Shown here piece by piece: positions 37,993 through 46,622 of a DNA stretch of 55,631 nt. This DNA comes from Thermoplasmatota archaeon (GTDB lineage: Archaea > Thermoplasmatota > E2 > DHVEG-1). The notes below the pieces were generated by a model that worked only from the letters and a program-made list of their open reading frames with translations, was not told the origin of the DNA and searched no databases. Where the stretch lies: positions 1 through 55,631 of the forward strand of contig JARVGL010000002.1 in the NCBI GenBank assembly GCA_029762575.1, given 5' to 3'. The translations under genes and the position numbers were made by a program. How positions within the stretch are numbered: the first letter of the stretch is position 1; every line of letters begins with the position of its first letter.

Positions 37993-38006
37993 CTCTTTTT
38001 TATAGA
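37993..38006 (+). promoter_or_regulatory. Candidate TATA box for the small ORF at 38028
   Basis: CTCTTTTTTATAGA is centred about 28 nt upstream of ATG 38028, a leaderless geometry. Confidence 0.3.
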
Positions 38007-38027
38007 CTGAACTATAAAATAGAATTT

Positions 38028-38254
38028 ATGACCTCATTGTCTGAAGAGAAAAAAGAAGAAATCAAAGCGTTTCTTAAAAAAAGATTACAGGATGATCCCT
38101 TGGTGAAGGAGATTTATTAGGCCATCTTTTGCGTCATCTAGAAGTTGTATATAATATATGTCATGAATTTCTAGAGCAAAGAACAATTAAGAACTCAATA
38201 GAGATCAACCAAACATTCATATTTCCCTTTTCCTTGTTATCTATCATCGTATGA
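38028..38254 (+). pseudogene. Frame-disrupted small ORF (~75 codons if repaired), unknown function
   Basis: ORF 38028-38120 gives MTSLSEEKKEEIKAFLKKRLQDDPLVKEIY*. The -1 frame is open from 38096 with no start codon (..GHLLRHLEVVYNICHEFLEQRTIKNSIEINQ..). It ends in TGA at 38252-38254, forming an ATGA overlap with the next gene. Confidence 0.35.
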
Positions 38255-38988
38255 ATCTTCAAACAAGGACATTCAAAATAAAAGAAATGCTAAGGAACAA
38301 TCGGATTTTTATTTTATTCATACTCTTATTTTTTTGTATCCTAGGTACTTATTCCTTTTATCCGAAGTCAAACATTCTTTCAACGCCTAGTTATCTACAG
38401 ATAGGCGATTTACTCTTTTGTGATTATCGACCTGATTTCGCATCATTTGCTTCTTCATTCAATATCCATGTTCCTGATCCAGTTACAACATATGGTCCAT
38501 ATAATGATCATGTCGCTCTCTATATTGGCAATGATATGTTCATAGAAGCTTGTCCTTATTATTATGATACGGAGGAACAAGCATGGATCGGTGTGGTGAC
38601 AACTCACATTGGGACCTTTAATCTATGGGCAACCAATATCTCTTATGGTGTTCTCACAAATGTCACTGATGAACAACGAAAGGGCGCGGTTGCTTGGGCC
38701 AAGAATCAACTTGGGCAACCCTATCAGGAGACGATCTTTCCAAGAAATATGGATTCCTTTGATGAAGACGACCCAACATCTGATCATTGGTTTTGCTCTG
38801 AGTTGATCTGGGCGGCGTATAAACATCAGGGAGTCCATTTGGAAGATTCATGGATGACGGTTACTCCAAATTCTCTATTAAGAGATGAACGTATCAATAT
38901 ACACATGAACGAACCATTAGGTTTCTGGTATCCTGGATTGTATCTTCAATGGTATGCCACTTGTTTTTTTGATTACCTCCTTAACTAG
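38251..38988 (+). CDS. Membrane-anchored permuted papain-like enzyme (YiiX/YaeF, peptidase C92 / NlpC-P60 superfamily)
   Basis: 245 aa. N-terminal TM IFILFILLFFCILGTYSF. GDLLF, His motif DHVALYIGNDMFIEA upstream of Cys motif WFCSELIWAAY (permuted order), and LGQPYQ. Confidence 0.6.
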   Translation: MNLQTRTFKIKEMLRNNRIFILFILLFFCILGTYSFYPKSNILSTPSYLQIGDLLFCDYRPDFASFASSFNIHVPDPVTTYGPYNDHVALYIGNDMFIEACPYYYDTEEQAWIGVVTTHIGTFNLWATNISYGVLTNVTDEQRKGAVAWAKNQLGQPYQETIFPRNMDSFDEDDPTSDHWFCSELIWAAYKHQGVHLEDSWMTVTPNSLLRDERINIHMNEPLGFWYPGLYLQWYATCFFDYLLN

Positions 38989-39134
38989 ATGACAGAATAA
39001 AAAATAGGTAAGACTTGTAAAATAATTTTTATATAATCATTAACATAAAACATAATGCCTGGTGAGAGACAATAAATCAGAAAAGACTCATACTGTATCT
39101 CTTCGGGCTTCTCATACTAGCTGCAAATAACATC

Positions 39135-39320
39135 GTGTTATATATCACGTTCCTTCATGCCTATTTCTTTAATGACTATGTGTTCTCTGCCCATATCAAC
39201 CAATACGGTGAAGCCCATATCGAGCTTATTGTCCTAGGAGTAAGCCTTGTTATAGGTATCTATACCATTGTTCATTTTATGAGGCTCATGATTAAAGAGG
39301 AAAAACCATTAGTTTCTTAA
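39135..39320 (+). CDS. Tiny membrane protein, hypothetical
   Basis: 61 aa from a GTG start. One clear TM (IELIVLGVSLVIGIYTIVHF). The in-frame upstream sequence (KRLILYLFGLLILAANN) also looks like a TM helix but has no start codon. Confidence 0.3.
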   Translation: MLYITFLHAYFFNDYVFSAHINQYGEAHIELIVLGVSLVIGIYTIVHFMRLMIKEEKPLVS

Positions 39321-39400
39321 GTCCCTCATTTTTTTCCTTGCAACATTTAAATACCATCGTTTCCATTTCAACACAACTTAGGACTCTGGAGGAAAAGAAT

Positions 39401-39904
39401 ATGGATGGTATATCCCTTAAGCTTGTTGATATTGAAAAACCAGATGAGATGAATTTTATTCTTGGACAAACACATTTCATCAAATCGGTTGAGGACCTCT
39501 ATGAGGCGATTGTAAACTCTGTCCCACAAGCTCGATTTGGTATCGCGTTCTGTGAAGCAAGTGGCGCATGCAAGCTGAGAAGTACAGGTAATGATGAACA
39601 ATTGGAAAAACTTGCAAAGAAAAACCTATTACGTATTGGCGCAGGTCATAGTTTCATTATCTTTATGGAACATTGTTTTCCTTTGCATATCCTAAACAGT
39701 ATCAAAATGGTCCCAGAGGTATGTAGTATCTTCTGTGCAACTGCAAACAACACTAAGGTCATCGTTGCTGAAACAAAAAATGGAAATGAGGATGGTCGAG
39801 GGGTACTTGGTGTTGTTGATGGTAATGTTCCAAAAGGGATCGAGAACGAAGAGGACATCGCCTGGCGAAAGAGTTTCTTACGGGAGATTGGATACAAACT
39901 CTAA
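39401..39904 (+). CDS. Adenosine-specific kinase family protein (PF04008-like)
   Basis: 167 aa from the internal ATG, preceded by GGAGGA. FGIAFCEASGACKLRSTGND, IGAGHSFIIFM, VPEVCSIFCATAN. Confidence 0.65.
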   Translation: MDGISLKLVDIEKPDEMNFILGQTHFIKSVEDLYEAIVNSVPQARFGIAFCEASGACKLRSTGNDEQLEKLAKKNLLRIGAGHSFIIFMEHCFPLHILNSIKMVPEVCSIFCATANNTKVIVAETKNGNEDGRGVLGVVDGNVPKGIENEEDIAWRKSFLREIGYKL

Positions 39905-40112
39905 AGGTCACTGTATATATTGCAAACATTTTCGATATATACGTAGACGTAAATCTGAAAAAGAGCGTGCTATCGTATTAAGAGAAGACTCTAATGGAGT
40001 TATCTATTATATATAATCAAACCAAACTATTGACCTTATTGTATGTTTATAAAGCGAAAAGAGTTGTTCGGTGATCATAATAGATAGTTATCGATGCATA
40101 CTTTAACTCAAG

Positions 40113-40139
40113 AGGATTCAACTATTTCCTTTGAATCCT
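40113..40139. other. Perfect 9-bp hairpin in a long convergent spacer
   Basis: AGGATTCAA-CTATTTCCT-TTGAATCCT. Confidence 0.5.
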
Positions 40140-40335
40140 GTGTTCATCTACCACGCGAACTTTTAATTGATGAAAAACTTGATTTTCCTATACCTTGGTT
40201 GTAGTACCTCTCAGAGCTTGCCCTTAAAAACGATACAAATAACATAAAACAAAACACAGGGGTCTTTGTGGATTACATCAATGTTGATTTGATTATTATT
40301 TCATTTCTCAGTATATGCTAAAAATATGTTTTATC

Positions 40336-40965
40336 TTAAAAACCATGTTTACCGATCAATGGGACAAATGCGCATCCACCAAGAACCTTTGAGATGATGT
40401 CTTCACCTCTTTTCTCTATACTTGTTAGTTCACAATATACTCTTCCTATTGGTATCAGTAGTTTTCCTCCATCTTCGAGTTGATCGATTAATGGTTGTGG
40501 AATATCCGGGGCAGCACAGGTTACATAGATCCTATCAAATGGTGAATGGTCCGGTAGACCAAGAGATCCGTCACCTTTACAGATGATCACATTGTTAATC
40601 CCTGCTTTTTCAAGGTTCTTTTGTGCGTTTTCCGCAAGATTTGGGATCCTTTCAACACTATACAACCGTCCATTTGGACCGATGAGAACAGACATCACTG
40701 CTGCATGATACCCTGAACCAGAACCCACCTCCAAGATCGTTAGCCCAGATCTGACATCTAAGGCTTCTGCCATAAGCGCAACCATATGAGGTGCAGAGAT
40801 CGTTTGCCCTTCCCCAATATCCAATGGTCTATCCTCATAGGCGAACCGAGAAAGTGAAGGTGGAACAAAGAATTCTCGAGAAATACGTAAGAATGCATCT
40901 TCAACTTCTTTTGAATGTATATATCCAGACTGTTTCAATCTCAAGACCAATTTTTCTTTTTCCAT
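40336..40965 (-). CDS. pcm: Protein-L-isoaspartate O-methyltransferase
   Basis: MEKEKLVLRLKQSGYI..., QTISAPHMVA, SAM motif ILEVGSGSGYHAAV. The ORF is open up to 40983 (alternative ATG). Confidence 0.85.
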   Translation of the reverse strand: MEKEKLVLRLKQSGYIHSKEVEDAFLRISREFFVPPSLSRFAYEDRPLDIGEGQTISAPHMVALMAEALDVRSGLTILEVGSGSGYHAAVMSVLIGPNGRLYSVERIPNLAENAQKNLEKAGINNVIICKGDGSLGLPDHSPFDRIYVTCAAPDIPQPLIDQLEDGGKLLIPIGRVYCELTSIEKRGEDIISKVLGGCAFVPLIGKHGF

Positions 40966-41099
40966 AGCAAATTCCATAATCATCTATCCTTCGGACTATT
41001 GCACTTTCATATTTTGAAGATATGGTATTTGTATCCGGTCATATCCGTTGTTTCATCATCATCCTTTTTATAATACTATGTGTTTCACCCAACATCAAT

Positions 41100-42038
41100 A
41101 TGGATAAGGTAGCTATTGTTGCCCTTGGTGGCAACGCACTAATAAAAAAAGGACAGATAGGAGATATTCATGAGCAATTCGCAAATACCCGTAAGGTTTC
41201 ATCATCTATTGTAAAGATGGTAAAAGCAGGGTATAAACTTGTCGTCACCCATGGGAATGGTCCTCAGGTTGGATCAATATTCCTTCAAAACAATGCAACA
41301 CGTGATATCATTCCGCCTATGCCTCTAGGTATCTGTGTCGCAGAAAGTCAAGGTTTTATTGGATATATGATTCAGCAATGTATCTTTAATGAGCTGCATA
41401 AGGAGAATATCTCAAAAAAGATTGCAACCATCATCACTCAGGTTCTTATCGACGAAAAGGATCTTTCTCTCAAAGATCCTACAAAACCAATTGGCCCCTA
41501 TTATAATGAAGATGATGCTCAGAAACTCCTCAAAGATGGATATCAGATCACGATGCAGCCGCAGGGATGGCGTATCGTTGTACCATCTCCAGATCCAAAA
41601 GCCATCGTTGAAGCAGATATCATTAAAAGACTCCTTGATGAGGATGTTATCGTAATCGCAGCTGGCGGAGGTGGTATGCCTGTCATCAAAAAGGAAGGAT
41701 GGGGTCTTGATGGGGTCGAAGCGGTGGTTGACAAGGACCTTGCTAGTGAACGGCTCGCTGAAGAGATCAAAGCTGATCTCCTTTTAATTCTTACAAACGT
41801 TGACAAAGTCTATATAGATTTCAACACGGAGAACAGTCGCCCTCTCAACACCGTGACCCTTAATGAGATAAAGAAGTATTATCAACAAGAGCAATTTCCT
41901 CAGGGGAGCATGGGTCCTAAGATACTTGCAGCTATCCGATTCCTTGAACATGGTGGAAGAAAGGTCATCATAGCAGATGTGGATCAGGGGTGGGAGGCTT
42001 TACAGGGAACAACAGGGACCCATATTGTTAACGAGTAA
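41100..42038 (+). CDS. arcC: Carbamate kinase
   Basis: 312 aa from the internal ATG (MDKVAIVALGGNALIKKGQ), then VVTHGNGPQVG and VIAAGGGGMPV. The track ORF from 41022 adds an unlikely hydrophobic extension. Confidence 0.8.
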   Translation: MDKVAIVALGGNALIKKGQIGDIHEQFANTRKVSSSIVKMVKAGYKLVVTHGNGPQVGSIFLQNNATRDIIPPMPLGICVAESQGFIGYMIQQCIFNELHKENISKKIATIITQVLIDEKDLSLKDPTKPIGPYYNEDDAQKLLKDGYQITMQPQGWRIVVPSPDPKAIVEADIIKRLLDEDVIVIAAGGGGMPVIKKEGWGLDGVEAVVDKDLASERLAEEIKADLLLILTNVDKVYIDFNTENSRPLNTVTLNEIKKYYQQEQFPQGSMGPKILAAIRFLEHGGRKVIIADVDQGWEALQGTTGTHIVNE

Positions 42039-42083
42039 TCAGGATATTTATTAACCCCATCGTTCATTCCTTTTTTAAATCAT

Positions 42084-43196
42084 ATGGATACCACACCACT
42101 TGAGAAGCAGATTAAAGACATTGAAGATGAGATCTTCAATACCCAGAAGAACAAGGCTACTGAGCATCATATCGGTAAACTCAAAGCAAAGATAGCAAGA
42201 TTACGTGGGCAAATCGAAAAACAACAGAGCAAAGGCGTTAAAGGAAAAGGATTTGCAGTTAAAAAGAACGGAGATGCAACCATTGGTCTTATTGGTTTTC
42301 CTAGTATTGGAAAAAGCACTCTTTTAAATCAATTAACTGATGCAAAAAGCGAGGTTGCAGCATACGAATTTACTACTCTTGATGTTATCCCCGGGATGCT
42401 TCACCATAAGGGTGCAAATCTACAGATACTTGACTTACCAGGACTTATTACTGGTGCATCTCTTGGTAAAGGGAGAGGTAGGGAGATTCTTGCAGCGGTA
42501 CGCTCCGTTGACCTCATCTTACTTATGGTTGATGGGACACATAAAGATCATCTTGATCGCATGACCCTAGAATTACATAGTGCAGGGTTACGGCTCAATA
42601 GGAAGAAACCAGATGTAGTTATCACACTCTCAATGCAAGGGGGTATTACCATTCATACCCCAATCAAACTAACAAAGATCAGTGAAAAGACCATTCGTTC
42701 CATCGTGTCAGAGTATCTTGTCAATGCAGATGTCATCATTAGAGAAGATATCGATGAAGATCAATTAATCGATGTTTTCATCAAGAATCGAACCTATATA
42801 CCTGCAATCGCAGTTATCAATAAGATAGATCTTCTAAGTCAAAAGGAACTAGACAACTATAAAGAGCATATTAGGAAAAAAGGATGGATAGTCCATGCGA
42901 TTTCAGCAATAGATGGAACCGGACTACAAGAACTCAAAGACCTTATCTTTTCACAGCTTCGCCTGATACGCATCTATATGAAACCACAGGGAAAGAAACC
43001 GGATTATAATGAACCGATGATATTGCGAGAGGAAGATACCGTTGAGGATGTCTGTAAAAAGATACATAGGGACTTTAAACAAAAGTTTAGATATGCTCAT
43101 GTCTGGGGGAGATCAGCGAAATACCCTGGTCAAAAAGTTGGGTTGGACCATACGCTCTGTGATGAAGATGTTCTCACAGTTATTATCATCCATTAA
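42084..43196 (+). CDS. DRG-family GTPase with TGS domain
   Basis: 370 aa. KNKATEHHIGKLKAKIARLR, G1 GFPSIGKST, G3 DLPGL, G4 NKID, C-terminal TGS (HTLCDEDVLTVI). Confidence 0.85.
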   Translation: MDTTPLEKQIKDIEDEIFNTQKNKATEHHIGKLKAKIARLRGQIEKQQSKGVKGKGFAVKKNGDATIGLIGFPSIGKSTLLNQLTDAKSEVAAYEFTTLDVIPGMLHHKGANLQILDLPGLITGASLGKGRGREILAAVRSVDLILLMVDGTHKDHLDRMTLELHSAGLRLNRKKPDVVITLSMQGGITIHTPIKLTKISEKTIRSIVSEYLVNADVIIREDIDEDQLIDVFIKNRTYIPAIAVINKIDLLSQKELDNYKEHIRKKGWIVHAISAIDGTGLQELKDLIFSQLRLIRIYMKPQGKKPDYNEPMILREEDTVEDVCKKIHRDFKQKFRYAHVWGRSAKYPGQKVGLDHTLCDEDVLTVIIIH

Positions 43197-44149
43197 TTTG
43201 AGATCATAGATTGTATCTGAGTTGCAACATGTTTTTCATTTAATCTGTATTTCTCTAAGAGATCCTTTGGTTCTCCACTTTCACAGAACGTATCATTTAT
43301 ACCCATACGTCTAAAACGAATGGTTTTTCCAACGTTCTTCTCAGCTAGGACCTCTGCAACCGCTGAACCAAGACCCCCGATTATCGAATGCTCTTCTACT
43401 GTCACGATACAACCGGTTTGCTTTGCACATTTCAATACCAGTTGTTCGTCTAGTGGTTTAATCGTATGCATATCGATTACGCGAACTGAAAGACCTTTCT
43501 TCTTTAACAGATGATGTGCATCAAAGGCAGCATCGACCATTGTCCCACATGCGATGATGGTTGCATCATCACCATCTTCAACTTGCATTCCCTTTCCTAA
43601 GCTTATGTGTTCAATGTATTCTTCAGAATAAAGGACTGGTGCATCTGCTCGCCCTATACGAGCATACATTGGTCCAACATGTTCAGCCATCAATTCAACA
43701 ATTCGAGATGTCTGGGTATAATCACTTGGTGCAAGAACCGTCATATTAGGAAGGACACGCATTAAAGAGATATCTTCGATCATTTGATGACTTGCTCCAT
43801 CTTTTCCAACACTGATGCCTCCATGTGTAGCAAAGATTTTTACATTAGCCTGGGAATAAGCAAGATCCATACGTATCTGATCGTACACACGTCCAGTTGC
43901 AAAGACTGCAAAGGTGCTACAAAAAGGAAGTTTCCCGGCTGATGCAAGACCCGCTGCTGTTGAGATCATATTTGCTTCTGCAATACCCATCTCAAAAAAA
44001 CGTTGAGGAAATTTTTTTGCAAATAATATCGTCTTAGTAGATTTTGAGAGATCTGCATCAAGAACGACCAAGTTCTGATAGATATCACCAAGCCGAACTA
44101 ATGTTTCACCGTATGCTGTTCGAGGGTTTTTCATCTCTTTTTTCGTCAT
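43193..44149 (-). CDS. tkt: Transketolase, C-terminal (Pyr plus C-domain) half
   Basis: 318 aa. FFEMGIAEANM, THGGISVGKDGASHQ, EEHSIIGGLGSAV. A TAATG overlap joins it to the upstream half. Confidence 0.9.
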   Translation of the reverse strand: MTKKEMKNPRTAYGETLVRLGDIYQNLVVLDADLSKSTKTILFAKKFPQRFFEMGIAEANMISTAAGLASAGKLPFCSTFAVFATGRVYDQIRMDLAYSQANVKIFATHGGISVGKDGASHQMIEDISLMRVLPNMTVLAPSDYTQTSRIVELMAEHVGPMYARIGRADAPVLYSEEYIEHISLGKGMQVEDGDDATIIACGTMVDAAFDAHHLLKKKGLSVRVIDMHTIKPLDEQLVLKCAKQTGCIVTVEEHSIIGGLGSAVAEVLAEKNVGKTIRFRRMGINDTFCESGEPKDLLEKYRLNEKHVATQIQSMISN

Positions 44150-45003
44150 TATCTTCCTCTCAGTTTTTGTTCGATACGTGTAAGTTCCTCGATAGCTAGT
44201 TTATATTCCATCTCATTTGGTGGAACCCCGTGGAAATCAACGTTGTTCTCCATAAATGAAACACCTTTCCCTTTAATGGTATCAAGGATGATAACCGATG
44301 GTTGGTTACGATGAGTATCTGTATTCTGTAAAGCTTCTTCTATCTCTCTAATGTCATGACCGTCGATCTCAACGACATTCCATCCAAATGCGGTCCATCT
44401 ATCATACACTGATTCTAATCGAAGGACCTCTTCAGTATTCCCATCTATCTGTAAGAAATTTCTATCTATTAATGCGGTGAGATTATCTAACTTGTAATGT
44501 GATGCGGCAGCAGCTGCTTCCCAAATCTGTCCTTCATTGGTTTCTCCGTCGCCAAGCATAACATAGACATGATATGATTTCTTGTCGAGTTTTCCAGCAA
44601 GTGCTACTCCTGATGCAAATGAGAGACCATGGCCAAGGGAACCAGTGCTTGCTTCGACACCAGGGGTGTAAAGGCAGACGGGATGGCCTTGAAGTCTGCA
44701 ATTAATCGTTCGTAATTTTATAAGTTCTTTAACCGAAAAATATCCTGATTCTGCAAGAACGGCATACAATGCAGGGGCAGCATGTCCTTTACTAAGGATA
44801 AATCGATCTCTGTCCGGATTATCTGGTTTCTTTGGATCATGGAACATATGCGAAAAATACAGGGTAACCAGTGCATCAACCGCAGAAAGCGATCCACCAG
44901 GATGACCAGATTTAGCATGATACAACATTTCAATGACATGTTTTCGTATCTTAACGGCCATCAATTCAAGGGTTTGAATGTTTTTTGCGTCAGTGGCAGT
45001 CAT
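44149..45003 (-). CDS. tkt: Transketolase, N-terminal (TPP-binding) half
   Basis: 284 aa from the ATG preceded by GAGGAG (7-nt spacer). SGHPGGSLS, LSKGHAAPALYA, MLGDGETNEGQIWEA. The ORF is open up to 45054. Confidence 0.9.
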   Translation of the reverse strand: MTATDAKNIQTLELMAVKIRKHVIEMLYHAKSGHPGGSLSAVDALVTLYFSHMFHDPKKPDNPDRDRFILSKGHAAPALYAVLAESGYFSVKELIKLRTINCRLQGHPVCLYTPGVEASTGSLGHGLSFASGVALAGKLDKKSYHVYVMLGDGETNEGQIWEAAAAASHYKLDNLTALIDRNFLQIDGNTEEVLRLESVYDRWTAFGWNVVEIDGHDIREIEEALQNTDTHRNQPSVIILDTIKGKGVSFMENNVDFHGVPPNEMEYKLAIEELTRIEQKLRGR

Positions 45004-45265
45004 TGGGTTCTCCTCTGAATGAAAATGAATCCCCGTGTTTTCCAGAGAATACAAACAATGTCTAAATACTTTTTGTAATATCCTAGATCAGCCTTTCAAT
45101 TAATTTTAAAAAAACTCTGGAGCTTAGTTAATCAAGGAACGTAAATGTATTGAATTCAACTCGTCTATATATGATTTAAATGTTTGATAAATCTCAACAG
45201 TTGATGATTATTTCATACCAACGTTTATAAATTTTGATTTGTTTCTGCTATCTGATGATTGAAAT

Positions 45266-46513
45266 ATGGTTGTAAATATTGAACGATTGTTTTCCAAAAG
45301 GGCTGGTCGGCTTCGCTCATCAGAGATCAGAGAGTTATTAAAACTTACACAGATACCAGGTATGATCTCATTTGCGGGGGGTCTACCCAATCCTAAGGCT
45401 TTTCCTATACATATCATCAGAGAATGTATCGATACGACACTAAAGAACAATCCAAACGATGCTTTACAATATGGGACGACAGAAGGAGTAACACAATTAC
45501 GTTGTGCTTTAGCGAAAAGGATGAAGAAAGTTAAGGATATCAATTGTGAGCTTCATGATGTTATCGTTACTAGTGGTGCTCAACAAGCATTATCTCTTGT
45601 CGCTTTATGTTTTCTTGACCCTGGTGACACATATCTTACCAGTGCACCAGCCTATTTAGGCGCAGTCCAAGCGTTTCATGCTTATGAAGCGAATTGTGAA
45701 TCGATACCAATCAACAGTGAAGGAATAGATACTGATTCTCTTAGAAGAAATATCGAACGTCTTAGACGTACTGGAGTACATCCTAAATTTCTGTACTGTG
45801 TACCGAATTTTCAAAATCCTTCAGGGGAGACGATGTCTTTACATCATCGTAAAGAACTCCTTGATATCGCTTCGGAATACGATTTCCTTATCATCGAAGA
45901 TGATCCCTACGGTGAACTTGTCTTTGAAGGAGAACCGATTCCACCAATCAAATCGTTCGATAAACGTGGGCGGGTCATCTATATCAGCACGTTTTCAAAG
46001 ATCCTTGCCCCAGGTTTTAGACTTGGATGGGTCGTTGCATCAAAGGAAATACTAGATAAATTCATCTTAGCAAAACAAGCAACGGATCTTTGCACAAACA
46101 CCTTTTCTCAATATATCGCCTATGAATATATCAATGGCGGCTTTCTTGACAAACAGGTTAAGAAGATTAAAGCGTTATATAAGAAAAATCGGGATGTCAT
46201 GATCGAAGAATTGGATAAAAACTTTCCAGAGGGGGTAACATGGACTATTCCCAAGGGAGGTATGTTCATATGGCTCACTCTTCCAAAGACCATAGACACT
46301 CGCCTCATGTTCAAGAAAGCTATGGCTAAAAAGATTGCCTATGTCATTGGTGAAGCATTTTACCCAGAAGGTGGAAATTATAATTCCATGAGATTGAATT
46401 TTTCGTATTCAGATGAGAAAACCATTCGAGAGGGTGTGCGACGTCTTGCTGAGGTGATTAAGGAGGAGCTCAATGGTTTTCAGAGGGAATCATATCCACC
46501 AAATGGCGTATGA
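45266..46513 (+). CDS. PLP-dependent aminotransferase, class I/II (2-aminoadipate/aromatic type)
   Basis: 415 aa. SSEIRELLKL..ISFAGGLPNP, YCVPNFQNPSG, STFSKILAPGFRLGW (PLP Lys). Confidence 0.75.
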   Translation: MVVNIERLFSKRAGRLRSSEIRELLKLTQIPGMISFAGGLPNPKAFPIHIIRECIDTTLKNNPNDALQYGTTEGVTQLRCALAKRMKKVKDINCELHDVIVTSGAQQALSLVALCFLDPGDTYLTSAPAYLGAVQAFHAYEANCESIPINSEGIDTDSLRRNIERLRRTGVHPKFLYCVPNFQNPSGETMSLHHRKELLDIASEYDFLIIEDDPYGELVFEGEPIPPIKSFDKRGRVIYISTFSKILAPGFRLGWVVASKEILDKFILAKQATDLCTNTFSQYIAYEYINGGFLDKQVKKIKALYKKNRDVMIEELDKNFPEGVTWTIPKGGMFIWLTLPKTIDTRLMFKKAMAKKIAYVIGEAFYPEGGNYNSMRLNFSYSDEKTIREGVRRLAEVIKEELNGFQRESYPPNGV

Positions 46514-46622
46514 TGGATTCGATCAGCTAGCATCGTGATATGCAGGTGGGTATGCGGCCATAAGGTTTTTAAAATCAATCTCTTTTGTACCATTGAAAAA
46601 CAATTGGGATTGGTGAAATTCG

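Noticed and set aside
38112-38122. Possible programmed ribosomal frameshift at the TAT-TAG junction of the small ORF.
   Set aside because: There is no slippery X-XXY-YYZ heptamer. tRNA re-pairing after a -1 shift (UAU to UUA) is not cognate. An indel or gene decay is the simpler explanation.
39735-40016. A 93-aa plus-strand ORF extending past the adenosine-kinase-like gene, with a Cys-containing tail (KGHCIYCKHFRYIRRRK).
   Set aside because: Two thirds of it overlaps the confidently called gene in another frame. The non-overlapping tail has no start codon of its own and only one CxxC.
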